Below are positions 49,430 to 62,797 of a DNA stretch of 64,000 bases, one piece after another. The notes beneath the pieces were generated by a model, which was given only the letters and a program-made list of their open reading frames with translations, was not told where the DNA came from and did no database searches. The number at the start of each line of letters is the position of its first letter. Within the stretch, counting starts at the first letter, position 1. The translations under genes were made by a program, and so were the position numbers. The DNA comes from Camelus dromedarius (lineage: Eukaryota), in the NCBI RefSeq assembly GCF_036321535.1, contig NC_087437.1:61506001-61570000 (forward strand), given 5' to 3'.

Positions 49430-52164
49430 TTTTTTTTTTCCATTTTTCAGTTTTACTAGATAGAATTGTTACAGTTTGACTGTGCATGTGCAATATATTG
49501 CATGTATACATATATACAACATACTGCACATATTTTTTTAAATTTACATACGTACACTATTCATTGTTTCTAAGAATGTTTAGAGCTTTAGCTTTTTAAA
49601 CTTACATAGCTACCAAAGGAAATAAAGCCAACCATAAAATAAGAATTAATTCAAAAAGATATATACACCCCACTATTAACAGCAACATTATTTATAATTG
49701 CCAAGATATGGAAGCATCCTAAGTGTGCATCAATAGATGAATGGATAAAGAAGATGCAGCTTATGTATGTAATGGAATACAACTCACCCATAAGAAAGAA
49801 GGATATTTTGCCATTTGCAGCCCTTCATTCACTTTTTTTTCCACTTCAAAAACCAGAATTTTATAACTGACAGTAACATTTCCATTGCATCAAAAACAAC
49901 AGAATACCTAGAAATAAACTTAACCAAGGAGGTTATCTATGTACTCTGAAAACTGTAAAACATTGATGAAGTAAATTGAAGATGATACAAAGAAATGGAA
50001 AGATATCTTGTGCTCTTGGGTTGAAAGAATCAACATCATGAAAATGGCTGTACTACTCAAAGCAATCTACAGATCCAATGCAACCCGTGTCACAGTACTC
50101 ACATTTTCACAGAACTAGAACAAAGAATTCCAAAATTTATATTGAACCATAAAAGACCCCGAACTGACAAAGCAATCTTTTGTGGGTCTTTTTCTTTCTT
50201 TCTTTTTTCTTCTTTTTGTTCTCTTTTCGTCTGGTTTGATGACTGGAGAAGTTCCTTTAACATTTGTTGTAAAGCTGGTTTGGTGGTGCTGAATTCTTTT
50301 AGCTTTTGTTTATCTGTGAAGCTCTTGATTTCTCCATCAAATCTGAACGAGAGCTTTGCTGGATAGAGTATTCTTGGTTGTAGGTTTTTCCCTTTCATCA
50401 CTTTAAATATATCTTTCCAGTCCCTTCTGGCTTATAGAATTTCTACTGAAAAATCAGCTGATAACCTTATAGGAGTTCCCTTGCATGTTATTTGTTGCTT
50501 TTCTCTTGCTAATTTTAATATTTTCTCCTTATCCTTAGTTTTTGTCATCGTGATGACTATGTGCCTCAGAGTGTTCCTCTTTGGGTTGATCTTGTATGGA
50601 ACTCTCTGCGCTTCCTGGACTTGGGTGACTGTGTCCTTTCTCAAGTTGGGGATGTTTTCAGTTAACTCTCCAAATTTTTTCTCAGGTCCTTTCTCTCTTC
50701 TCTTTCTGAGACCCCTGTAATGTGAATATTAGTGTGCTTCATGTTGTCCCAGAGTTCTCTTAAACTATCCTCATTTCTTTTCATTCTTTTTTCTTTTTTC
50801 TGTTCTGCGGTAATGATCTCCACTAACCTGTCTTCTAGCTCACTGATCTGTCCTTCTGCCTCATTTATTCTATTCTTGATTCCTTCTAGCATGTTGTTCA
50901 TTTCAGTGATTTTATTCTTCAACTCTGGATATTCTTTGTATTTTCCAACTCTTTGCTAAAACTTCACTCTATGCATCTATATTCCTCTTGAGTTGTCTGA
51001 ATATCTTTGCCATCATTACTTTAAACTCTTTCTCAGATACATTGCCTATCTCCTCATCACTCATTTATTCTTCTAGGATTTTATCTTTGCCTTGGCCTAG
51101 GACATAGTCCTCTGTTGCCTCATATTTATCTTTCTTTTTGTATTTTTAGATAGGTTAGTTATGTTTCTCAACCTTGGAGAAATGTCCTATGCATCCCAGC
51201 AGTATACTTATCTCTTGTCACCCAAGGGTTAAGGTCCAGCTGGTCCCAGTGTTAGAATCTGGCCTGTGTTTGAGTCTCCTCCTTCCACAGGCTTTGGGAT
51301 TGTTGATTTCTTGTTTCTGGTATCTGCCTCCTGAATGAGACTGGACTAGAGGTTTATGCAGATTTCCTGGCAGGAGGAGCTGTATGCCTGCCCACTGCTG
51401 GATGAAGCTTGATCCTGGACCTCTTTTGGGTAGAGCCTTAGCTAGAGGCCTTTTTGGCTTAGGAAGTCTGTTCCCACCCAGTATGTTGTTTGGTCTGAGG
51501 CTTCCTTACAGGCTGTTGGATGGGGCTAGGTCTTGGTGCTAATGATTCAATCAAAATGTCAGCCTCCAGGAAAGCTCATGTAGATGAGCACTCCTGGAAT
51601 GTCCGCCACGAGCTTTTATGTCCCCTGAGTGAGCTGCAGCTGTCCTCTGTGTCCCCAGGAGACCTTCCAAAACTAGCAGGCAGGCCTGGCCCAGGTTCCT
51701 ATGAAATCACTGCCTCTGCCCTTGGACCTGGCGCATATGAGATTCTGTGTACGCTTCCCAAGAGAATGAAGACTCTGTTGCCCCCAGTCCCACGGGGCTC
51801 CTAGAGCTATGCACCACTGGCCTTCAAAACCAGGTGTCCTGGGGTCTCTTCCTCCTCCCAATGCTGGAACCCCGGGCTGGGGGGCCTGATGTGGGGCTTA
51901 GAACTCACTCCTGTGCGAGGGCCTCTGCGACTTAATTATCCTTAATTATCCCAGGGGGTCATAAGGCCTGATTATATCGTGAGCACACCCCTCCTACCAT
52001 CCTGCTGTGGTTGCCTCTTTATGTTTCCAGTTGAAGAGGCTCTTTTTTGCTAGGTTCCAGTCTTTTTCTCAATGGTTGTTTAGCAGTCATTTGTGGTCTT
52101 ATTTGTAGTCATGAGGAGAGGCAAGCTCGTGGTCATACCACTCCGCCATCTTAACAGGAAAAAC
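49430..52164 (-). mobile_element. HAL1-like (half-L1) retroelement: L1 5'UTR + decayed ORF1 + antisense ORF2 pieces + poly(A)
   Basis: 5' AAGATGGCGG motif; ORF1p peptides PIRLSADFS and NLQPRILYPAKLSF; T-run at 49430; 13-bp TSD with 1 mismatch. Confidence 0.75.
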
Positions 52165-52182
52165 TTCTGCACGTTTCATATA

Positions 52183-52709
52183 CAGGCATGCCTTGTTTTA
52201 CTGTCATCAACTTTATTGTGCTTCCTAAATACTGCCTTTTTTACAAATTGAAGATTTGTTGCAACCCTGCCTTGAGCAAGTCTGTTGGTGTCGTTTTTCC
52301 AACAGCATTTGCTCAGTTTCATATTGGTAATTCTTGTAATATTTCCAACTGTTCGATCATGATATTTGTTATGGTGATCTGTAATCAGTGATCTTTGATG
52401 TTATTATTGCAAGGAGATCACAACTTGCTGAAGGATTAGGTGATAGCATTTTTTTAAACATTTTTTATTGATTTATAATCATTTTACAATGTTGTATAAA
52501 ATGATAGCATTTTTTAACAATAAAGTATTTTTAAGATACAGTTTTTTTAGACATAATGTTATGGCACACTTAATAGACTACAGTATAGTGTAAGCATAAC
52601 TTTTATATGTGCTGGGAAACCAAAAAATTCATGTGGCTGGCTTTATTGCGATATTTGCTTTATTGCAGTGATCTGGAACCAAATTGGCAGTAACTCTGAG
52701 GTATGCCTG
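52183..52709 (+). mobile_element. Internally deleted Tigger1-like element
   Basis: TIRs CAGGCATGCCT / AGGTATGCCTG flanked by TA at 52181-52182 and 52710-52711. Confidence 0.88.
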
Positions 52710-54209
52710 TAAATGGAATCATACAATAATATGTCGGCTGGCATTTAGCCATAGTATTTTTGAGGTTCATCATGTTGTACTATGTATCAGTACTTTCTCT
52801 TTTTATTACTGAATAATATTTTATTATATAGATATACTATATTTTGTTTATCCATTCACCACTTGATGGACACTGTGGTGGTTTCCACTGTTTTGGGTAT
52901 TGCAAATTTTTTTGCTGTTAATATCACCTGTAAGTCTGTAATGGACACAGGTTTTCATTTCTCTTAGGTTTAAAGAGTTACAATTATTTACCCACCATAA
53001 GTTAACTACTTTTCAAATTTTAACTGAATTTTTATTTACATCTTAATGAGTAATTTTTGAATTGGCTAAATGAAGCATTCCTGAAAATAGTTTCACAAAT
53101 GGGTTTCTTTAGCTTCTTATGTTTAGTAAATCTAAGCCACCAAATCTGTTCCACTGTTCTGTTTTTAAATCCTTTTGATTTCTCTGATTATGAAAGTAAT
53201 ACACATTTGTTAAAAAAAATTCAGGACATTCATTTCTTAAATTACTTAAATGTGTGTGTTCTGGTTAACTACAACTGTCTTCACCTCTTAACTTTTCAAT
53301 TCTGCTACCACCAACAGCTATTCTTTAAAACTTTATCACAGAACTAGCTCTAGAAAAATTTTAAATTACCACATGTGGTAGTCTTTTGAGTTGTTTGAAA
53401 ATAGTGAAAATTGAAAGTGTTAAATTATTGTATACTCAGAATGCACTGAAGATCCACTTATTCAAAGTTTGAATGATTTTGGAAAAGGTATATTTCTTAA
53501 GAACCCTTTTTTAACCTGAATATAGATTAATGTCTGATCAGGATAGAATATAGTGAGTGCTACAGATCACTTTCTAGCAAATAACCAGCCTTTTCTAGTC
53601 ATTAAACAAACTACCTAAATAATTTAATTGTCTTTGAATTGCTACATATACTTGGAAATTTCCTTTAAAAAAGTCTTGACCATAATTAGACTTTTCGTTA
53701 CTTTATCTCTGCCTTTCCATACTTTATATGAATTAGTGAGATTTTATGTCAATAAAATTACATTTTCTTACCTATGAAGTGAATTACTAAGTAAGGAAAG
53801 ATAGCATACTTATTTACATTACTAGTATTTACTGAGAGAACAAATGACTGTGCTAGGAGAGGAATGGTTGTTTCTAAGAATGAATTTTCTTTTTATTTAG
53901 AATCAACTTAAAATATCTGCCAAGTGAAAGTTGAGTTTAAGTTCTTAAGGGATTCTTCTACCTGAATATATAACCTTGTCAATGTCAGTTCTATAACTTT
54001 TCCCTTTTAGATTCAGAATTTCCCAAAGCTGAGGATATGTTCTATTTTGTGTAACTTTTAAGTTGACTCTAATAATACTAAACCTTTTAGTGCTTCTGTG
54101 AACTTAAAAAAAAAAAATTGTTGTTGCTGCATATTTACCAGTTATTTTCTGCTAATGGGTAGTTTTAGTCATTTGTCTGATTTTGACGGTTTATAAATAC
54201 CTTATCTTC

Positions 54210-54555
54210 ATACTGTGGAATTCTATTCAACAATAAAAAAGGAATAAATGTTAATACACAGGACAGCATGGATACATTTCAAAACGTCATTCTAAGCAAA
54301 AGAAGTCAAACACCAAAGACTATGTACTGTGATACCATATATTTGAAATGGTAGAAAAGGCTAAATGGTAAGTGACAGATAAGTTATTGCCTGGGGTGAG
54401 AGTCAGGTGAAGGAAGGGAATTGACTTGGGGGAAGCACAAGGAAACATTTTAGGGTGAAGGTACTTGATTGTGATGTGCATACATGATTATATGTAATTA
54501 TCCAAATTTATTTAACTGTACACTTAAAATTTTGTGTATAATAATACTTTAATAA
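54210..54555 (+). mobile_element. Old L1M 3' end
   Basis: TGGAATTCTATTCAACAATAAAAAAGGAA...TGTACACTTAAAAT. Confidence 0.65.
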
Positions 54556-55821
54556 CATTAAACTAAATAGTTTCTTTCCCTCAAGGAATAATTTTTTATA
54601 TCAAAATGGTGTGAGAAAAACTTACTCCCTAGATTTTGTGAACACTTTTATACACATGTACAAACCTTAGATCCTTGGAACACAAATTCACCATGTATTA
54701 ATGGTTTGTTACAACTTTTATCCTTGTATTCATCATTTTACTCACGTTGACTGAATACTCAGTATATCCTAGATGCAAGGGATTCTTCAGTAACTCAATA
54801 GAAAATCGCTGTACTCATGGAGAACTCAAGTGACTATTATATAAATTATCACACAGATAACTGTATGATTATAGTATGGCAGATACTTTGAAGGAAAGTA
54901 ATATGTGACAATAACGTCATGGAACTTTCACATTTACCTATAAAATAGTCCTTGGTGTTATTATTAAAGACAGAATACAAAGCTCAGAATGGGCCACTGT
55001 TAGTCTGATTTCACAACATTTCTCCTATATTCTTGGTATTTTTTATCACTGTTTTTCAATTTCTTTTACAAATGTTTATGAAAATGAGAACTTCTAATTT
55101 TTGTGTTTTTTAGTCAGTTGATATTTATGAAGTACTTTTCATATGCTTAAAATATAAGGGAATCCAGGTTAAGTATAAGATACGGTCTGTATTGTCAAAA
55201 GACTTTTGGAAAGATTTCATGGAAAGTGTGGAAACCTGAATTAGACGTTAATGATGGATTGAATTAATATATGTGGAGGGGGAAAAAATAGACATTTCAT
55301 GTGCTTGTTTGCTATGATACTGATTTTCTTAATTCCTTTTTTTTTCTGTAGCCATTTCTAGTCAGGCTTCTTTGCTACCACAGCCTCCTCTTTTTTTTCC
55401 TTCTCACACATTAGTTTCAGAACTTGGCTGTTTTATCCCTTCACTTGATAAAAAAAATCATATTAATATAAAAGATTCCTTAGTTTACATCTCTGGCTCT
55501 CTGATTCTCCTCTTGAGCTCCAGAGCCATGTTTCTTCATCACCTGTGCATCACCTGGAGTACTTCAAACTGAACATATCCAAAATAGAAAAAATACATTC
55601 ATCTGTGTGAATTTTTCTTTGGTTACAAGTATCTTAAGTATAATGTGGTTATCTTTTTTGTCCGTAGACTAGAAATACTCAAGTTGTTTTGGCTTTTCTG
55701 TCTCTAACCTGTACATCTAAGCAGTGGTCAGTCACTGTCCATTCTGCCTCAGAAATGTTTGTTGTAGTAGGGTATAGAGCAAAAAGCAATCCAATTAACA
55801 TAGTTTCTTGCCTTCTGAAAG

Positions 55822-55934
55822 AATATAGAACGGTATTTTCCAGCGTTAAAAAGGAAGGCAAACCTTCTGAGACAAAATGAAGTGCAGAGAAAACCAGTTG
55901 CAGTTCTCAAGAGACCTAACCAGTTAAATAGAAA
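55822..55934 (+). CDS. FYTTD1: FYTTD1 coding exon 4 (NIERYFPALKRKANLLRQNEVQRKP...LNR)
   Basis: AAG acceptor, AA|GTAAGT donor, 113 nt; matches recalled human NIEQYFPVLKRKANLLRQNE. Confidence 0.93.
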
Positions 55935-57460
55935 GTAAGTACTCAAATACAAGACAATAATATGTTATCCTTCATAAATAAAGATGCACTTCTTGTGCTG
56001 AGTGTTCAAAGGAATGGATTTTCAGTGATGCTTGTAGTTATTTGGTCATTTTCAATACAGACATTTAGGATGTCTATCTACACATCTGATATGGAAGCAT
56101 TCAGTAATAGCTTTCTTATTTTTTAGATCCAGTGTTACTGATGAGTTTAACTAATATTAAACTTTTTAAAAAAGCCTCTCTTGACATATAGAATAAAATT
56201 GTAAAAGATGATTGTTTTGGTAAAAACATCTCACCCAGAATTATTCAAAATTGAGAATTCTGAAAGCTGAATTTGTTACACAGTCTCAATGGCTCTTAAT
56301 AGAATGTATTATTTGCAGGAAATGCTAACTAGAAAAAAATTCTCATGAATGCTTCTTAAGCTGAAATTATTTTTGTATTAAATTGAAAATATAACAAAAC
56401 TTTAAAATTGTGACCTATTGTTATGACATTCTATTCTCTGTAAGGGTAAAGTGGACAGACAGGAAGTTAAGTCTGTGAAGTTTTATTATTTCAGCTTCAA
56501 ATACCATTCATCTCTTGTAGACGATAATTCAGAACAACAAAACCCTGAAATGAAGTTTTTGTATAACTGGAATGACTACAATTGCAGTTTTACTTCATTA
56601 TCATCTCTTTTTGTTTTGGGAATCATTTGGGAGTACTTCTTGGAAAAGGGGAACTTCTCAAATGAGAGCTTGTTAACTACAAGAGCTATTAATGAGCCCA
56701 TGTTAATTGGGCTGGCAAGGGAAATTTTGCATTTGAGCTTCTATAAGATTGGTGGTAAGATGAGGTGACACCTGTTAAACATTTATTTATAAAAATAAAT
56801 AAGTAGATAAATGTGAAATTTGTTTTCTCATATTTTACCAACTTTCTATAGAAACTAGAAGGAAATTGGTGAAAATCAAGTCAAACATAATTAAGATTAT
56901 ATTGTTTTGTGCAAGAAAGGAGCAAACAGTGGAAGAGTGTAAGTTTCTATGTGATTTATAATAATATATGAAGGCTTCTGTGCGGAGGAGAGAAAATTGG
57001 AAAAGATCTTATGTTTCAAGATTTCATTTTTGGTTTTCCGCAGTTTCGCAATGATGTGCCTAGGTGTGATTTTCTTTGTAATAACTTTGTTAATCTGTAC
57101 ATTTTTTATCTTTTACCAAATTTAGGAAATAGCATTTAAATTTTATTTTTAATGTCTTCACAAGAGACCTTAAATGTTGGAACATTAGAAAGTTGAATAT
57201 ATGAAAGATGAATTAGTTCAGAATTAACCAGATTATTATGTAATATGCTACAGAGGGAGATACTTGTAAATCAGATCGCAGTATCTTCAGGTAAACAAGG
57301 ATATAATTCAGAGTCCTTGTGTAGTATACCTTCGTGAGTCTTTAGTGTACCTCAGATTTTCAGCCTATGAGTTTTAACTATTTTTGCTTTTTTCTTCTCA
57401 AGATGTTTGAAAGTTGTTAAGTGGCCTAGACTGTTCATGGTTTATGTGTTTTTGTTGCAG

Positions 57461-57557
57461 AAATAACATTCCAGCCAATTTTACCAGAAGTGGAAATAAA
57501 TTAAGTCATCAGAAGGACACTCGTCAGGCAACTTTTCTTTTCAGAAGAGGCCTTAAG
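57461..57557 (+). CDS. FYTTD1: FYTTD1 coding exon 5 (NNIPANFTRSG...FRRGLK)
   Basis: TTGCAG acceptor, AAG|GTATAA donor, 97 nt. Confidence 0.94.
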
Positions 57558-57969
57558 GTATAAAAAACCCTTGGCAGTGTTTTCTTTTTACCCAAACAAA
57601 GGATCCTGAACATCCACCTTTAATAATCCTCAGGAATAGATATGGCCCCTGAATGAGGTAGAGTTTGGGTTTAGGATATGGAGAACATGACATTAGATTA
57701 ATTCTTTTTTTTTTTCTCCTGTTCTCTCTTCTATTGTCCTCAATGGCAATGTCTTGTAAGAATTTGACATGTTATTTAGGGATAAACTTGTTTTTACTAC
57801 TTGTTCTGTTACTGGAACCCCAACAAAGAAGTGTTGTCAGAATAGGCACATACTCCTTTCCTGCATTTGTACACACACTACACTGGTTTAAAGTTACAGA
57901 GGAGGATAGGTCTTTGGATTCAAGTCCTCTGCTTTCTGTGGGATCTACTGCTTTTTTTTTCCCCTTCAG

Positions 57970-58031
57970 GTTCAGGCCCAGTTGAACACAGAACAACTGC
58001 TAGACGATGTAGTAGCAAAGAGAACTCGTCA
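57970..58031 (+). CDS. FYTTD1: FYTTD1 coding exon 6 (VQAQLNTEQLLDDVVAKRTR)
   Basis: TTCAG acceptor, CA|GTAAGT donor, 62 nt. Confidence 0.94.
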
Positions 58032-59531
58032 GTAAGTTTCAATTTGTTTTTCAAGATGTCATTTCAAAACTCCCAGAATACTAGGTAACCCAATTACTGT
58101 GTGCCCCAGTTAAAGAGAAATTAAATGAGACCCAAAGTAGATTAACCATTGAGCCTGAAATAAATAAATCCTATTTTGTTTTTGTCTGTTTTTTCCCTCA
58201 AAACTTTTGCATTTTCCCATATCAGTGTTGTAACAATTTTAGCACCAAATACATTATTCTATTCAAAAAAATTTTTTAATGCCTGTTTATTCCTTTTTAA
58301 TGAAATAGCTCTTTATTTTCTATAACTACTTTCATACAAATGAACCTATTCAGGCAATAAATAGAGCTTCTGGAAAATGTGTAAATTTTTAAGAACAATA
58401 GGATGTTTTCTTTTCACATACTCTTTTTTTCCCTTTACCCCATAAAGGTTTTTTTAAGAATATATTTTTGTCTATTAGAATTATACTTCTCAAGTGTGAG
58501 ACATAACATTCCATTAATATGATCAGTTTTTGAGATGAAATAATTTAACATTATGGCTACTTCTGAGGAAACAAAACATAAAACTTGATCATGGTCCAGA
58601 TATGATGCCATCTAAAATGGGCATGGTTTTGAGCAATCAGAATATAAGAAGGACAACTATTTGAACTTGATGCTAGCAGTATTCTTTTGCACAGGAGTCA
58701 AACATTGGAAACCGTAAGGAAAGAAATGGTAATCATGGCCTAATAGCTTCTGCAATGAACAGTATTTACATAATTGTAATAATATAAATGCTGTTTACTT
58801 GTTTTGAACTTTGAGAGTCAATCTGTAGCACAAAGCACAGAATTCTTAATTTGGTAACATTGTAATATTAATGTTAGATTTTACCAACATAAATATCAAA
58901 GTACAGCTGATGGAAAGTGGAAAGTACAAAGTGGGAGAAGAGGTGGAAGGAAGGAATTATAGATACTACTGTCCTTTCATACGAAGTGAAAAGGGGATGA
59001 TGTCAAGAGACACTGTTGAAAAAGATTTAAATATATTTAAAAGTTATAATAGAAATAAAATAGTGATGTAGCCATCAAAACTTTAGGGGTAGGAAGGGAA
59101 ACTAGAGGATAGTGTGATGAGCTGAATCCTTACCATAGTAAGTTATTATTACATAAACATCTTGCTTAGTGAACTGGAGGTAGCTAGCAAGCAGCAAAAA
59201 CAGGAAAGATTGAAAAGTGTTCCCTCTGGGGAGAAGGGATAGGAAGGATAGTGGGGAAACAGACTGTTGCTTTTCATTGGCAACCTTTCTGTATTTGATG
59301 TTTTTTTTTAAGGTACATATATTTGTTAACTAAAAAACATTTAATAAATTCACGTGTCCAGTTCCTACACCCAGGATGCTGATTGATTAATCATGGTGGG
59401 GCCCAGGTATCTGTATTTCCTAAAAGCTAAGAAAAAATAATGGCTATTTTAAAATGTATGTTTTTATGTGGAATACACTATAAGATTTATAAACTTCCAT
59501 TTTAATGAAGTTTTTGGTTTTTTGAAACTAG

Positions 59532-59606
59532 GTGGCGGACTTCCACCACAAATGGAGGAATTTTGACTGTATCTATTGATAATCCAGGAGCAGTGCAGTG
59601 CCCAGT
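59532..59606 (+). CDS. FYTTD1: FYTTD1 coding exon 7 (WRTSTTNGGILTVSIDNPGAVQCP)
   Basis: CTAG acceptor, GT|GTAAGT donor, 75 nt. Confidence 0.94.
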
Positions 59607-60794
59607 GTAAGTCTTTTCTTTATTTTGCAAAAATTATAACCTCTCAGTACATAAGATCATAGGAAAGTATTCATCTTCTCCTCAGATGATGTCCAAGGTA
59701 GGGTAAACCGAGACAAGAATAAAAGTAATACTTACGGTACAACACGGAAATAATATAGTATAAGGTTAAAAGTGAAAGCTCCCTAGATTTCTTTTTTACG
59801 GCCCCAAAGTAACCACTTTTAACAAAATCATATATTCATTTAAAAAATTTGGTGCATGTATAACATAATACGTACATATGGTTTTTTTGTGTGTGATCAT
59901 AAATGAGTTAATACAATACATACTTGCTTCCTTCTCCCCCCAATATATTTTGCACTTCTTTACTTTCCAGTACATAAAGATCTACCTTCTTTTTAAAGAC
60001 TTCATAGTGTATTCTTTTATATCTGGATGACCATTCCATTATATTTATTGCGTTACAAGCTTTCTAGGTTGAGGCTGGAAGTGATGTTGCCTAAGGTATG
60101 GAGGGTGAGCTCAACTCCAGTTTGTTGGGGGAGATGTGAGACTTGCAGCACTGGGCTGGAGGTCAATGATGTATTCCAAGAAAGTTCTAATGCCATATTG
60201 TTAAATCCAACCTGATAGTTGACCTAGCCATGGAAAGTCTCATTGGATCCTCACTAGACCATAACATAACTGGTACTCTTAAACTTTTCCCATCAAAAAG
60301 TATCAGGAATGAAAATCTAAGCTATATACTTACCACTTAGAGTCCTGTACCAGCCAGCTGTCGAGCAGATTGGCTGGTTTCTTTGATCATCAAACAGACA
60401 TTCTCAAGCTTCTAACACAGCAGAGGAAAATGTCTCTGTGTTGATGTTCTTCACAATATGTGTGTTGCCCATTAGTAGGTAATGAAGTAAATTCTGTGAG
60501 TCACAGTGAACATATTTTAAAAAGAAAATTAAATATTAAATATTAAAAAAAAACTTTCTGTATTTACAGAGTTTCTTTTATGTATCCAGCCATTTTAATG
60601 ATTGAAGTGAAAACGTAGGATGATTCTCTTAAGATTTTAGAGGTTGCTTTATTTTGGTAGATGATCATGACCTGGAAATTACTAATTACTCCAATTTGTT
60701 GAAAAGTTTATAGTTCTACTTACATAGATTCTGTGAGCAGTTTATAAATTTTAGTCTCTAGATTAGTCAGTTAAGAATCAAGTATTTTTTTTAA

Positions 60795-62660
60795 TTCAGC
60801 AAGGTTGCAGGATACAAGATTAATATACAGAAAAACAGTCTTGTTTAAAATTGCTATTAAAAAAACCTGGAATAAACTTAAACAAGGAAGTGAAAGACCT
60901 GTATGCTGAAAACTATAAAACACTAATAAAGGAAATTGAAGATGATTCAAAAAAATGGAAAGATAATCCCATGTTCTTGTATTGGAAGAATTAATATTAC
61001 TTAAGTTGCCATACTACCCAAAGCAATCTACAGATTTAATGCAGTCCCTATCAGAATGTTGCCTAAGGTATAGACATTTTTCACAGAACTAGAACAAAAA
61101 ATCCTAAAAATGTTTATGGATCTACAGGAGATCCAAATTACCAAAGCAATCCTGAGAAAAAAGAACAAAGCTGGAGATAAAACTCTTATCAGACTTCAGA
61201 CTGTACTACAAAAGTATAGAAATTGAAACAGTCTGGTACTGGCACAAAAACAAACACACGGATCAGTAGAACAGAAAAGAGAGCTCAGAAATAAAGCCAC
61301 ACACCTATGGTCAATTAGTCTATGATAAAGGAGGCAGAAGTATACAATGAAGAAAAGACAGTCTCTTCAACAAGTGGTGCTGGGAAAACTGGAAGGCCAC
61401 ATGTAAAACAATGAAATTAGAACATTCCCTCACACTGTATACATAAACTCAAAATGGTTTAAAGACCTACATTTAAGATATGAGACCATAAAACCCCTAG
61501 AAGAGAACATACATGAAACACTCTGACATAAATTGTAACAATACTTTTTCAGATTAGTCTCCCAAGGCACAAGAAATAAAAGCAAAAATAAACAAATGGG
61601 GCCTAACTAAACTTAAAAGCTTTTGTACAGCAAAGGAAACCTATCAACAAAATGAAAAGACAACCTATGGAATCGGAGAAGATATTTGCAAATGATGCAA
61701 CTGACAAGAAGTTAGTATCCAAGATATTCAAACAGCTCATAGAGTTCAATGTCAAAAAACCCAAACAATCCAATCAAAAAATGGAGCTTCTGCTATTTTT
61801 CTGACTAGACATTTTTCCAAAGAAGACATACAGATGGGTATCAGGCACATGAAAAAATGCTCAACATTATTAATTATTAGAGAGATGCAACTCACAACCA
61901 CAGTGAGAGACTACCTCACACCTGTCAGAATAGCCATCATCAAAAAGTCTACAAATAACTTGGAGAGGATGTGAAAAGAGCAGAACCCTTGTACACTGTT
62001 TGTAAATTGGTGCAGCCACTGTGGAAAACAGTATAGAAGTTCCTTAAAAAACTAAAAATAGAATTACCATATAATCCAGCAATTCCACTCCTGAGTATGT
62101 ATCTGGAAAAAACAAAGACACTAATTCAAGACACTGTGTACCCCAGTGTTCATAGCAGCACTATTTTCAATAGCCAAAACATGGAAGCAACCCAAGTGCT
62201 CATCAATAGATGATTGGCTTAAGAAGATGTAGTGTGTGTATGAAATATAGTAGAATATATACAGTGGAATATTACTCAGCCATAAAAAGAATGAAATACT
62301 GTCATTTGCAGCAGTGTGAATGGACCTAGAGAATGTTATGCCTTGTGAAATAAGTCAGAGGAAGACAATATATGATATCACTTTTATGCAGAATTTGAAA
62401 AATATAAATGAATGTACATACAAAGCAGAAACAGACTCACAGACGTAGAAAACAAACTTGTGATTACAAAAGGGGAGGGGGAAGGAGCAAATTAGGGGTA
62501 TGAGATTAATAGATACAGACTTATTATATACAAAATAGATAAGCAACAAGGATATATTGTATATTGTAACAACCTATAATGGAATATAATCTGCAAAAAT
62601 ACTGAGTCACTGCTGTACATCTAAAACTAACACAATATTGTGTAAATCACCTATACTTTC
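60795..62660 (+). mobile_element. 5'-truncated L1 (ORF2 3' third + 3'UTR), decayed
   Basis: [23 protein letters not shown] etc. with frameshifts and stops; homologous to 38061-39610 in the opposite orientation. Confidence 0.92.
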
Positions 62661-62797
62661 ACAGTATACAGTAAATAAAGTAGCCCTCACACATTTGAAC
62701 ATGTGTACAAGTCAAGATGTCTTGTATACCAAATGATTTATTTTTCTTCTTTTGATTGTTAAGCTGGTCTCATTTAATTTTAATTTTTTCCTAACAG

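Larger units (their letters stand above)
49190..52965 (-). mobile_element. Old L1M 3' end acting as host; pieces at 49190-49429, 52165-52182 and 52710-52965
   Basis: Removing the inserts restores TTCTGCACATTTC-ATATA-AATGGAATCATACAA, the usual L1M 3' sequence (compare 63082-63115). Confidence 0.8.
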
